The notes under the pieces: generated by a model | What the model saw: the letters and a program-made list of their open reading frames with translations, nothing else | The model's database searches: none | What the model was told of the DNA's origin: nothing | Shown here: piece by piece, positions 12,475 to 25,959 of the stretch | Numbering within the stretch: position 1 is the first letter of the stretch | How the letters are laid out: each line of letters opens with the position of its first letter | From: Octopus vulgaris | Taxonomy: Eukaryota | Length of the DNA stretch: 64,000 nucleotides | NCBI GenBank assembly: GCA_951406725.2 | Contig: OX597825.1 | Coordinates: forward strand, 58,280,001 to 58,344,000 | Direction of reading: 5' to 3' | Position numbers and translations under genes: made by a program

Positions 12475-14340
12475 GTAAGTTTATTGATTGTTTTACTAAC
12501 TGATCTATGTGACCAAGATGTCTGCCAAGGCAGACAACACTCAGACATTTCATCTGTTAATGTCCTGTTTCTTATGGGGGATATTTCCAGTTTCATTAGC
12601 AACAATGTTAAAATTCAGAGTTGCCTAAAACATTTCATGAGATATTATTACTACTAGTGCATGACCCCTTATTTTATACCTGGAATAAGTAATTCTTTCT
12701 TTCAAGGAAATACAGGTATATATATATTCCACAAAGGATTAAACAAAGGAACATAAAACAGTATTGAAATAAAAGAAACATTTAATAGATCAAAATACAT
12801 ATTAGTTTTTAACTATTTTTCTACATGCAATATTATATACAACAAACCACAGACAGAAAATTTTGACAGCCAGTGTCTGTATATATACTATAATTTTAGA
12901 AAATTTTATATTTTCATAATTGGGATGCTGGTGAGATCCTCTTGGTAGAGTAAATTTACACTGACCAGCAAGAATTTTTACCTCTGATGAATTCCCAACA
13001 ATATAGTTATTAAAATTCAGTAAGAGAAAAACAAATATTTATTCATAAGTTAAGAGATTCATCATTTTTTTTGTTCCTTTCTGTAATGAATTACTTCTTT
13101 TAAGAGAAAATAAATATGCACACAGAAGCAGACATACATATGGCAAGAGAGTTAGAGAGAGACAGAGAGTGTATTCAGTGAGAGCTCAAGATAAAAAGTG
13201 ATGGAATCTTCTTGTTGTATCACTTGCTTACACTTTGTGAAACTACTCATTCTTCATTCATGACAAATTGTTCAATAAATAATAAAATGAATTTTAAAAT
13301 GCTTGTAAGCAAATAATCATTCAACAATATTCTGAAATGATTGAACGCGAGAAACTGAAGTGGACATTGCCTGAGTCATCTAGGTTACTTGTGTATTGAG
13401 TGAGAGACTGAGGTAAAAACAGTGATAGGAAGATAAGCAAATAGATAGATACATGGCATTTCTTATTGTGAGGAAAGTAACTTATTTAAATTTAACGGAG
13501 AAAAATGAATATTTATTTATAAGTTTTCTTACGATAAATTAAAAAGAAACAATGATTCATAATAGTTCTTTCCATTTTGATGGAATTTTATTTTTAAGAG
13601 TGGTAGGTTAATGCTTTTAATAACTGTGTTGAGAAATATATAAGTGTGCGTGTGTACATAAGTACATACATACTGTAGGAGGGAGAGCGGTGAGGGAGTA
13701 GTGAGCCAAACCAGAAGTTATGTTGCAGACCGATTCCACAAAAATCATCATAATGATTACTGTTATTATTACCATCTTCATCATTATTATTAGTTGTGGC
13801 TAAGTTGGCCTTTTGTCATTCCAGAGTCAATACAATAAATTACCAGTCATGTATTGGGAATAATTTCACTGACCTTCCTGCCTCCCAAATATTCTGCCTT
13901 GCTAAAGCTATAAACTACTACTACTACTACTTGGGTGGCAGAGTCATTAGCATGCCAGATGAAACTACTTGTGGCAGTTCATTGTCTTTACATTCTGAGT
14001 TCAACTGCTACTGGGATTGACTTTATCGCTCATCCTTTCAAGATCAATAAAATAAGTACCATTTGAGCATAGGGGTCGATGTAAATGACTTGCCCCTCTC
14101 CTGAAATTGCTCACCTTGTAGCAAAATTTGAAACCATTACTACTACTACTACAACTACTAAAGCAGTGAGGTAGCAGTATTTCATCTGTTGCTACATTCT
14201 GAGTTCAAATTCTGTCAAGGTTGACATTGTCTTTCATCCTTTTGGAGTCAATTAAATAAGTACTAGTGAAACACTGGGGTCAATGTGATCGACTTATCCC
14301 CTCCCCCCAAATTTTAGGCCTTGTGCCTACAGTAGAAAGG

Positions 14341-14381
<41 letters not shown>

Positions 14382-14805
14382 CATCATTATTAAGGTGGCT
14401 TTTTATGATCTGAGTTCAAATGCCACCCTGGTCATCTTTGCCTTTTATCCATTTGGGTGATTAAATAAAATACCAGTCAGGTATTGATGGGTGGGATCAC
14501 TTTAATCAACTAACTCTTCTTTTCAAAAATTTCTGGCTTTGTGCTAAGTTTAGAAACCATTATTATGAATGGAGCTCTGAATCTCAAAATTGGAAGGAAG
14601 TTGTACACAGCATTGTAGCATTGAGTTATGTCCCTTTATGATCTTAGTTTAGCTCTTTTGCTTGCTTGGTGGCTGGTAGTATTTTAAATTTACCTTGAGT
14701 AATCAATTCAGGAAATGGGAGGGGTAGTTTTATCATTTATACCATCTCTCAAAACTATGTGGCCTTATGTCTGTGATGGAAGTTAAGGGTATCGGATGTT
14801 ATTGA

Positions 14806-15029
14806 GCTAGCAGAAGCGTTAGCACGCCGGGCGAAATGCTTTGCGGTACTTCATCTACCGTTACGTTGTGAGTTCAAATTCCGCCGAGGTCGACTTTGCC
14901 TTTCATCCTTTCAGGGTCGATAAATTAAGCACCAGTTACGCACTGGGGTCGATGTAATCGACTTAATAACCTATGTCTGTCCTTGTTTGTCCCCTCTATG
15001 TTTAGCCCCTTGTGGGTAATAAAGAAATA
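14806..15029 (+). mobile_element. Young tRNA-related SINE with 18-bp target-site duplication (older copies at ~13935, 14160, 20277, 28170, 35940-36515, 59910)
   Basis: ggtatcggatgttattga at 14788..14805 and 15030..15047; CpGs retained; B-box-like gagttcaaattcc. Confidence 0.85.
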
Positions 15030-15739
15030 GGTATCGGATGTTATTGACTTTAAGATACTGGGCTAAATGGTTTATAGTATTTAGTTATGGTTCCTTATGT
15101 TCAGAGTTCCAATTTCACTCAAGTCACATTTATTCTTCATTCCACTTGGGTGATGGAAAATAAGACATGTGCTGTGATCAGTTTACAACAATTCTTCAGC
15201 TAATGCCTGACTTTCTGCTACAAGAATTCCTCCTCCTACTCCCCATCATCATCATCATCACTATTATTAGGGTGTTGGAGTGGCAAAAATGTGAGCATAC
15301 TGGAATAATTTCCTACTGTATTCAAATTTCATCCCCCTTACGTCAAGTGTCCAAAACTTGTAAGGTTGGTGGCTGATTTTTGTTCCCACCCTGCCAAAAG
15401 GTTCATCTAAGCAAGTACCAGTAAAATAGTTTCATTCTATCAACAGTATATACTCCTCCTCTACACATTTGTGTCCTCGTGCCAGTGTGATGGCCTAGCG
15501 TTTGCACTCATGATCATGTGATTATGGTTTTTATTCTTAGACGTGATGGTGCTTTGTGTTCTTGAGCAAAACACTTCATCTCAAGTTGCTCTATGATCAC
15601 TTCAACAGCTGGTATGTGGTACACCATGCACCTGTTCAGGTAACATAGATTTGATGGAGGGGGTGAGCTAATATACAGCACATACATTTGATCTCTCTAA
15701 AACAAATAATTTGTGCAGGTCTTTTGGCAAAAGATGAAC

Positions 15740-16523
15740 GATCATACATCATCTTCAACAGGATTGGAATGATACAGAGAAGGTTATTGTATTGTGAATG
15801 GATGAGGATAGCTGTATGAAAAAATGTCACACCCTAACGGTTGTGGGAACCTGTGGAAGAGGTAGACCCAGGAAGACCTGGGATGAGGTGGTGAAGCATG
15901 ATCTTTGAACATTGGGCCTCACGGAGGCAATAACAATCAACTGAGACCATTGGAGATATGCTGTGCTTGAGAAGACCTGGCAAGCCAAGTGAGACCGTAA
16001 CTGTGGCCTATGCGAGTGTCGCATAACCGCCCCATTCAAGAGTACTTTTCAATCGTTGGGCAATATACTGTGCTTGAGAAGACCTGGTGAGTCAAGTGAA
16101 ATCATTGTCGTGGCCGATGCCAGTACCGCCAAACTGGTACCTGTGCCAGCTGACATGTAAAAAGCACCATACGAGTGTGGTCAATGCCAGTCCTACCAGA
16201 CTGGCTCCTGTTCTGGAGGCACATAAAATGCACCATACGGACGTGATCGATACCAGTGCCACCTGACTGGTTCTGTGCTGGTGGCATGTGAAAGGCACCA
16301 TTCACGTCTGGTTGTTATCAGTGTTGCCTGACTAGCCCTCATGCTGGTGGCATGTAAAAAGCACCCACTATACTCTTGGAGTGGTTGGCATTAGGCAGGG
16401 CATCCAGCTATAGAATCTTTGGTAGATCAGACTGGAACCTGGTGCAACCTTCTGGCTTGCCAGTCCTCAGTCAAACCATCCAACTCATGCCAGCATGGAA
16501 AGCAGACATTAAATGATGATGAT
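15740..16523 (+). mobile_element. RTE LINE 3' end / RTE-derived non-autonomous repeat with (GAT)n tail
   Basis: GRGRPRKTWDEVVKHD remnant near 15855; shared block ggaagggcatccagct..ccatgccagcatggaaagc..gatgatgat recurring many times in both orientations. Confidence 0.8.
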
Positions 16524-17993
16524 TAATTAAGTAATGCAGTGGTACACTATGCATATTTTTTATTTGCATAGCTACAGTTAGTAGCTATGCAAGTACAGCT
16601 ACTAATTATTGTATCATAAATACTAAAGTGATACTTGTTTTGAAAACCTGGTAGACTTGAAACAAATATATTTTTGAGTCTTGTTTATGGAGTATTAAGT
16701 AAAAACCTACTCTAAATGGCATAAATCACAAGTTTGATCTTGTGACGATGATGTTTGTTGGAGAAAAACTTTTACCTTCCAACCTTGTGATTCATTTGTA
16801 ATTGTAATTAACACAGGAAAACCTAAGATTTTGCTGAAGTTAAAGTACCACTGAACATAGTTGGTGTTTTAATAAGTGGCTTTTATGAAGAGGCTGTTTC
16901 TTGAATGTAAGTTGGGTTTTGTAGAAGCTGATCAACTTGTGGACCTAGGTAACCAAGATATTATCTTGATGGTGTTGCAGACATAATTTCTATCTAGTGG
17001 AAATAACATAATGATAGCTGCTTAAAAGAAACAGTAGAAATACAGGTAGAATATATACAGATTGATGAAAGAAATAGATGATAAAAAAAATAACTGACTA
17101 AATAACAAAAATTAAGAGAGACAGTGGCTGGATAAATAAGTTGCCATATTTTCCAGCATACAAGTTGAATTTTTCGGCCCCAAAGGTAGTCAACTAAAAC
17201 ACCAAGATGACTCCAGAGGACCAAAAATTCCATGTAAAATGCATCAGGATTTGGAAAGATGGTGACAATGTTTGAATGTTTATGCTATGCTTACACTATA
17301 TACAATGTTGACTTGTCATCATCATCATTTAGCATCTGTTTTCCATGCTGGCATGGGTTGGATGATTTGACAGAAGCTGACTAAGCAAAAGACTGCACCA
17401 GGATTCAGTATCTGTTTAGGCATGTTTTTTACAGCTGGATGCCCTTCCTAACACCAACTACCCCACTCAGTGGACTGAGTGCTTTTTATGTGGCACCAGC
17501 ACAGGTGAGGTCAGTTTTGGCATAGTTTTTACAACTAGATGCCCTTCCAAGCTCCAACTGCTTTACAGTGTGGACTGGATGCTTTTTATATGGCACCAAC
17601 ATTGGCAGGGTCACCAAGTAACTGGCAAGGAAAATATGGTAAAATTTTCTAAACTGTTGACATCTTCTTTAGATAATTACATTTGAATTAGATTAATTTC
17701 TGATTATCATTAAAACTCTTTTTCTTGTATATACATATCATATATGTATCTGAACCAGTCTGGGGCTGTTTGATAATGACTTGAGATCAGAACTGAATGA
17801 AACAAAAGTCATAGGCACAAAAAGTATGATCCTATTAATGATAATTCAACTTGGATATTTAGACCTTTAATGGCATTAGGAAGGGCATCCAGATGTAAAA
17901 ACCATGCCAAAGTAGACATGGAGCCGAGGCAGCTCTTCAGCTGGCCAGCTCCTGTTAAAACATCCAACCCATACCGGCATGGAAAAATATACC

Positions 17994-18213
17994 TTAACCC
18001 TTTAGTTTTTAAACCAATTATACCCATATTGTACTTGTTATATGTTCAAACTGGCCAGATCTGGCCTCTCACACCTACCTTGCAGTATCTTTTTAAAATA
18101 GACAACCACATCATCGATATCTCAAAGTTACAAGATAATGTGAGATCAATTCCAAACAATGTGAATAAATAAACATTATACTCGACAGAATGATCTTAAT
18201 ACTTAAGGGTTAA
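17994..18213. mobile_element. piggyBac-type MITE nested in an RTE 3' end (sister copies 24931..25137, 61879..62108)
   Basis: TTAA-CCCT...AGGG-TTAA termini; host RTE tail resumes after the second TTAA. Confidence 0.75.
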
Positions 18214-18276
18214 AGGATAATGATGATGAATGGATGAAAAAAGGAAAATGAAAGGTTGGAATACCATGAGTAAAAT

Positions 18277-18665
18277 CATCATCATCATTGTTTAACGTCC
18301 ACTTTCCATGCTAGCACGATTTGACTGAGGACTGGCAAACTAGATGGCTGCACCAAACTCCAATCTTGATCTGGCAGAGTTTCTACAGCTGGATGCCCTT
18401 CCTACTGCCAACCACTCCAAGAGTGTAGTGGGTGCTTTTACATGCCACTGGCACGGGGGCCAGTCAGGCAGTACTGGCAACAACCTCGCTCGAATCTTTT
18501 TACACATACCACCAACACAGGTGACAGTAAGGCGCTGCTGGTAACGATCACACTCGAATGGTGCCTTTTATGTGCCACTGGCACAGAAGCCAGTTAGCCG
18601 CTCTGGCAACGATCACTCTTGGATCTGCTTTTAGCACCCTACTAGCACGGGGCTCAAGTGCCAAT
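18277..18665 (-). mobile_element. RTE-derived repeat, reverse orientation (others at 17317, 19080, 22022, 33054, 38181, 49925, 62418, 62890)
   Basis: catcatcatt gtttaacgtccactttccatgct..cagctggatgcccttcct. Confidence 0.75.
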
Positions 18666-19802
18666 GAAAAGAAATAAGTTATTAATCCTTTTGATGCTAA
18701 CTTGCCTGATATCACCCCTGGTTCCATGATACAAGCTTCCTGTTTTAAAGTGGTCTAAATTAAAACTTTCCATCAGAATTTTATGTTAATCAGTTTGAAA
18801 CACCAGTGTAATAATGACAGTTATTTTACTAAATTCTTTATTAGTTTCAAAATTAATTTAAACAATGGCAGAGTATTTGAATGGAAATATGGTAATAAAA
18901 GGATGAAAGGAAACATGAATGAAGTATTACAAAAATAAAAACGGCTGTGCTTGAGAAGACCTGGCAAGCCAAGTGAGACCGTAACTGTGGTCTATGCGAG
19001 TGTCTCATAACCGCCTCATTTAAGAGTACTCTTCAATCGTTAACCATTTCTTACACACACACACACACACATCCTCCTCCTCATCATCATTTAACATCCA
19101 TATTCCATGTTGGCACATGTGATTTCACAGGATCCATTGGGTCCAAGAACTGCATCATGCTCCTGTGTCTGCTTTGACATGGTTTCTATGGCTGGATACT
19201 CTTCCTAATGCAAGCCACTTTACAGCATGTACTGGGTGCTTCTAATCATGCCACCAGCACCAGTAAGGTTGCCATGCAGCTCACATGACTACAAACCCTG
19301 AGAGAGTGGAGTCATCTTCATGCTAGGAGATGAGAAATATGAAAGAAGGTGGGTGGTACAGAGCAGGTTCTTGAAGAGGATCTGCATGGTTACTCACATT
19401 TAGTTGGAGAGGGAGAGAAAAAGAAGAATGAAATGATCAGTAGGAGCTTCAAAGAGATAGATAATGGCAATGAGGTGTCTGTGTGGCCCCTCAAGACACA
19501 AGGTGAGTAGAAAAATGGCTGGATAGGGGATTGGTTTGCAAGGTTATATAAATACATACGTATATATTATTTATTTAAAAAGAATCTATATTGTCTGTCA
19601 TATCTGAAACTTTAACTGAATTCCTATTTGGTTGCAGTATGTATGGCTCAAGCTTCCCTGGTGTGACCTATTGGAAATATACATGGTGTACCTTTAGGAA
19701 GTCTATATTCCATTTTGACTGACCAATCTAGGCAGTTACTCCACTTGCCTGTTTCAGCCTTGTGCCTCTTTAAAAAAAAAAATCAGATAAAACAAAACAT
19801 AT

Positions 19803-19911
19803 ATATCCTTTGTTTAAAACAAAAATTATATTAATGCTCTGGCTAATATATCAAAGTTGATCAAAGAATGGGCTTCGAAACTCATATATCCTTTTACTTT
19901 GAATATCCTTT
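19803..19911 (+). promoter_or_regulatory. Cluster of three U12-type 5' splice-site motifs (USSE-like tandem at 19886/19903) in PDCD7 intron 3
   Basis: ATATCCTTT at 19803..19811, 19886..19894 and 19903..19911; tandem pair 17 nt apart start to start; host gene encodes a U11 snRNP protein. Confidence 0.7.
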
Positions 19912-20039
19912 ACATTAATGCACAATATTTGTGTGTCAGGGAGTGACATTTTTTATTTTCTTTTTATTGTAAGTTCAAGCAATTATGTGTTTCTAGTGAC
20001 CATCCCTGTCAGTGCCTTTTTGTATTTCTGCAATATAAG

Positions 20040-21120
20040 TGGATATCATGTTTATAACATGTATTGATAGGTTATTGTTATAGTACACTTAAAGATGTGT
20101 GATAGCATCATTATATTATCATATTAATGGGGTGTACCTTGATGTCATGTTATATAGCATGTCCTGTTATTATAGTATGTTTCTTTTTAATAGCTTGTTA
20201 TTATAGTTGATATCATGCTGTTATAGCATTTGTTGATATCCTATTATTTCTTCTGTTAATATTGTTTATAGAACTAAGGTGGCAAGCTGGCTGAATCGTT
20301 TGCATGCTGGTTAAAATGCTTCACAGCATTTCATCCATCATTATGTTCTGAGTTCAAATTCCACCAAGGTTGACTTTTCCATTCATCCTTTTGGGATCAA
20401 TAAAATAACTACCAGTTGAACTCAGAGGGTCAATGTAATCGACTTAACTCCTCCTAAAATTACTGACCTTGTACTAAAATTTGAAATCAGTATTGTTTAC
20501 AGAACTTGCTGATACAGTATAAATTGCTATTACATCTGATGATATTACAGTTACTGCATGTGTTGATATCACATTGTTATGATGATTGTTATAGCCTTTG
20601 AAAGCATAGCACTGATATTATTATAGCATATGTCAATGTTGCACTGTTATGGCATTGTGCTAATATCATGTCATAGTTCATATCGATATTATGTAATTGT
20701 GCATTAGCCAATATCATGTTATAGTTCATATTGATATCATATTGTTGTGTAATAGCCAATATTATGTTGTAGTAAATGTTGATATCACATTGTTGTGCAA
20801 TGGCCAATATTACACTGCTATAGTATATGTTGATTTTACTGTTATGTGTCAATATTGTTATGGCACATGTTAATATCACTGTTATAACATGCCAATATCA
20901 CTGTGTTGTGGCATATGTTGATACCATGTTGTGCATGTGTCGGTACTGTGTTGTTATAGCACATCAATATTACATAGTCATAGCATATGTCATTATTGAA
21001 CTGTTATAACACCCATTTATAACACGTTGGCATCCATCATGTAGATATAACATGTGTTGATATCATAATGCTATAACACTTATAACACTTGTTGGTATCA
21101 TCTTGTCACAATAGCTATAT
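20040..21120. repeat. Degenerate AT-rich minisatellite (~25-30 nt units), interrupted by a SINE at ~20277..20490
   Basis: recurrent gttgatatca..tgttatagca motifs. Confidence 0.6.
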
Positions 21121-22519
21121 ATTTTGACACTACAGCAAATATTCTATTTGATTCCAAACAACTTCACCAAATTCCACCGATAATAATTCCAAGTTTGATG
21201 GTAACACTTTTTTTTCTTTGCCTGAATATTTTCAACTTCTTTGAAGCATAAGTCACCTATGGGCATCACATTTCCTTCTTAGCTAATAAATTAATTGAAT
21301 TCATTAATAAAATATTTCTTTTTCCTTTAAAGCTGCGATGAAGATTCAACTTTCAGTTAGTGGTTTTCGTTGGTTGGATGTACAATCAAACCAACCAATG
21401 AATAACAAGGTGGAAACATATAATGACATGGTTTTTTTATGTTGTTTGTTTCAGCTGTAATTTATTTGTATTTCACTGTTTTATATTTCTGTTTTCTTTC
21501 CTTCTTTAGCTCTCACACAAACACATACACACACAGATAGAAAGGAAGATAAACACAGGTATTCTTAACATATGTATATATACATGGAATACAAAATGCA
21601 GATTACAGAATAAAGAAAACAAAAGGAGTTATGTAACAGTCTTATCTCGAAAGCTGACTTGGGAGATCAGTGACTTATGCTGTAATCAAATGCATACATA
21701 ACAGCTGTGCATGATGTCATAGGTGTGTGTAACAACATAAGTTTCAATGAATTTGTTTAAGCTAGGCCTGGTGATCCTCTTTGGGAGAAAAGTATTTTTT
21801 ATTCCATAATTTGTATCTTGTATTTCACATAGATGTACGGATTAAGCCTACCCATGTTTATCTGCCTTTCTATCTACATAACAGCTTGGCTAGGATCATT
21901 CCTAAAGCTAATTTTCAATGCCTGAGGTACTGGCTCTGGATGAAGAGGTTGGAGTAAAAATTCTTAATAATCTGAGCACTAACCCTTATTCTCTATACCA
22001 TGCTTACATTGCATTCTCTTACATCATCATCATTTAATGTCTGCTTTCCATGCTGGCATGGGTTAGACAGTTTAACTGGAACTGGTAAACTGGAGAACTG
22101 CTTCAGGTTCCAGTCTGATTCAGCATGGTTTTTAACCCCTAACTGTAATGCCAACTACTCCAAAAGTGTAATGGATGCTTTTTACATGCCACTGGCATGA
22201 GTGCCATTTTCTTGACTGCCAGCAACGGCCATGACTACAATTTCATGGGTGTTATTTACATGACACTAGTAATGGCCATGACTGTGGTTTCATTTGGCTT
22301 GACAAGTATTCTCAAACCCAGCATATCGCCAAAGGTTATATTGCCTCTGTGAGGCCTGACATTTGAAGATTATGCTTCACAACCTCATCCCTCACCTCCA
22401 TGAGTCCCAACATTTAAGGATCATGCTACTGACAACGGCCACAATTATGATTTCATGGGTGCCATTTACATGACACTGGCAATAGCCATATATATATATA
22501 TATGTGTGTGTGTATATAT

Positions 22520-23050
22520 ATATTAGAAAAAATAAGGTACTCAGAAATCTGGATGGTTGTACATTTACAGATTTTTATTAATATGTCACGTGTTTTTATA
22601 AATCATATATTAGCCCTTGCATCTACTCTAGCAGAATCTTCAGATTTGGAGATTCTACTAGAGTAGAATATGTATAGGAATAATAAATTTGTACTCCACA
22701 AAAGTATAAAGTAACCCATCAGATTAATGTAAAATTGTTTTCATTATAACTGAACATCTGCTCTAGTAGAATCTGGAGATTCTACTAGAGTAGATGCAAG
22801 CGCTAATATCTGATTTATAAAAACATGTGACATATTAATAAAAATCTGTGAATATAAAACCATCCAAATTTCTGTGTACCTTATTTTTTCTAATATATAA
22901 TACCTGTTCATCACTTCCAAACCTTCTAACACACACACACACACACACACTAATGTTTGTTTTTATGTTCACTTATAATGAAAACAATTTTGCATTAATC
23001 TGATGGGTTAATTTATACTTTTGTGGAGTACAAATTTATTATTCCTATAC
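22520..23050. repeat. Nested inverted-repeat element between (TA)n/(CA)n tracts, probably a Penelope-like terminal repeat
   Basis: 22520..22640 inverted vs ~22775..22897; 22671..22748 inverted vs ~22973..23051; hammerhead-like motif in both arms. Confidence 0.65.
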
Positions 23051-24550
23051 AAGAATGTTCTGGACAGTATCTTTGAAATTTCGGTCAGCTAAGCCATTGT
23101 CAGTGGCCAAAAAGCAAACTGTTGGTATTTCAATTTCATTTCATTACAGTTGTTTCAACAGTTGATAATGACTTATCAGTACATATTATATTGATAATGA
23201 GGACATGTAGCTTAATGGTTAAGGTGTCACTCATGATCACAGGATTGTGGTTTCAATTCCCAGATCAGAGGTGCATTGTGTTCTTGAGCAAAACACTTCA
23301 TTTCTCTATGCTCAGCAGTAAATGAGTAACCCTGCAACGAATTGGTATTCCATTGAGAGGGAATGTTGATCTGTCTGCCTAGCCAGTGGGATGGCATCAT
23401 TCAAAAGCTATAGCAATGTGAGGAAGCACATTGTGACCAGTGGTGTATAACAACATCTGAGAGTCTGCTCAATACAGCGGTACCGTGCTACCAGTAATTA
23501 ACCACCTCATCAGCTAGCATGTTGAAATACCCAATGTTCATCTGGTGAGGTGAATGGTTATCCATATATAATTATTGATTATTAACAATCAAAACGATTG
23601 TAATGAAATAATTGAAATACCATCAGTCTACTTTCTTGTTATCCTTTTAAACTCTGTGTGTGTATGTGTGTGTGCTTTTGCATGCATTCTGTTGTGAATG
23701 AATGCAAGAGAATGAACTCTGCTAAAAGTACTCCAAAACATGCTGCAGATTTTAAACCAGGCAACATTTTAGACCCATTCTGCCAATTGTTTATTGGAAA
23801 GCTTTGAAAAAATCAAGACACTCATTTACTCCCTACTCTGTCCACATCTTCCTAAAAATTTCCAGATTCATCTTTACCTGGAGAAAGCACATTAAGTTCT
23901 GCCTGAAACTGGTTAAGGTATTCAAAAGAGAGAGCATAGAGAAAATTTATTGATTTAAACATTAACCAGAGGGTGTGGCTTTCAATTCCACTTTTCCTTC
24001 CCATTGCTATTTTATTGTTGAATATTTTCCACTTACTGAAATTGAAGTTCTGGTTTCTGTTCTCAATTGGAATCACTTCACTTGCATTGTGGAAGTGAAA
24101 TTTATGTTAAGCTGCTATTTTTCTTCTTTTTTTTTTTCAATTTTTTTCTTTCATTTTTTTTTGGGGGGGGGGGGGCAAATAGACTGTGTCTATAACCTTC
24201 ACAGTCTCTCTGAGATAAGGGGCCTATGTCATCATCATTTTAACATCCATTTTTTTTTCCATGCTTACATGGGGTTGGACAGAGTTTATTCAGACAGATA
24301 TTCAACGGCTGGATGCCTTTCCTGTTGTCAACCCCCACCTGCTTCCAAACTAGGTAATATTTCTCTATGACGAAACATGTTTTCACAGAGGATTGGAAAT
24401 CAATGACACTACTTGTATGACAGTGACAATCAACCCATGCTGGCATGGAAAGTGGACGTTAAACGATGACGACGATAATGATGATGCAGTGTCACGACAA
24501 GGACACAAACACATGCACACACACACACATTCTCACAAATACAAACATGT

Positions 24551-24581
<31 letters not shown>

Positions 24582-25959
24582 TATATATTTGATGAATTCC
24601 TTTTAGTTTGAAAGAGTCCCAAATAAAACTAGTTGTCTTTCATTGTTGTTAACTGAATCTGTTGTTTCAGCAGTAATCCAGGTTCTGATATTATGATTTT
24701 GTTCGTCATAAAAGAACTATATACTAGAGTATCTTAACATTACTCTGGGCTTTCCATAGCATAGATTTTCACCAGGAGGAGTGAGGGAAGATTTGTGTTA
24801 CAAAATAGACTGCTCTATGTGTGAGATTTGTAAGGTTTTTTCATAGCACTGGGTGTTTTTCATTGAGGAGTTTAGATCTAGCTACAACCATGAGGGTGGG
24901 GGATGGAATCATTGCAGTAAATACTGAATTTTAACCCTTTAGGATTTAGACAGGCCATATCCATCCCAAATATCCTACCTGTTTTATATTCAAAAAGGTA
25001 GGATCCAGCCTCTCATGCCTACCTTATATCATTCAAAAAATACACAATCACAAAGCTGTGATATAATGCATGATTAATTCAAAACAATGCAAATAAACAT
25101 TACATTTCACAGAGTAATCTAAATGCTAAGAGGTTAATGAACAAGGAATGGGTTTTATAATACCATACTTGTCTAGGATAAGAACATTAAGGGTATCTGG
25201 ACGTAGGGATTTTCTGTGGCCTCAATGGGTTTCGGCTGTTTCATTCCTTAATTATAACATACTTTTGACTATAGCAAATGCATGTCTATGAGGTGGCCAT
25301 CTAGTGGAGTCCATACACCTTTCACAACCTATGTTACACCATTGATGATCTATTCTGAAATTGTTAATTTTTATTCATGGATAAAGAGTTTATAAACAAT
25401 GAAACGATATAGCATTTCTTGGCAGAAGTTTGAAGATGACCAAAATAATGATGTTCGCTCCATTGATTTCAATGTATAAGTGTTTGAAGGAGAGGATTTA
25501 AAGAACCAAAAAGGTGAGAAAGAGAAAAAAATGTGAGAAAAAGGAAAAACGACTTTAAAAATAAAAGCATAAAAGAAGCTGCATCTATTTGTGATGGATG
25601 TGCAAATGTAATTTGAGTCCAGGTAATAATAATAATGATAATTAAACTGTCAACAGAGAAAACCTTCGCCAAGTCAGGAATGATAGAAAATACATGGTTT
25701 AAAACTGGATATCAAATGATGCTATCTGATGGAGTTTCTGTTAGTAGAAACTCAAGAAAATCAAAGTCATACAACACATGGTGTGTAAATTGAAACAGTA
25801 AGTCTTGTACAAAGTTCATCACAGTATGGCTGACTTTACAGAATTGTTTTCAAATATTACTAGAATTCATACATATCAACTTTTCTCATGCAACAGAAGA
25901 TTTTTCTTTTTAAATAAAATAGTTCCCAGTTCAATTGTAGCCCATATTTTAGATATATG

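Noticed and set aside
12655-13745. Possible Helitron/Helentron-like element
   Set aside because: Only a vague terminal resemblance; no diagnostic hairpin or coding remnant could be confirmed
16080-16360. Regularly spaced similar units resembling a CRISPR array
   Set aside because: Degenerate internal tandem repeats of the RTE-derived element; eukaryotic context, no cas genes
18944-19041. ~97-bp match to 15960..16056
   Set aside because: Part of an abundant RTE-derived repeat with several mismatches; cannot distinguish local duplication from an independent copy
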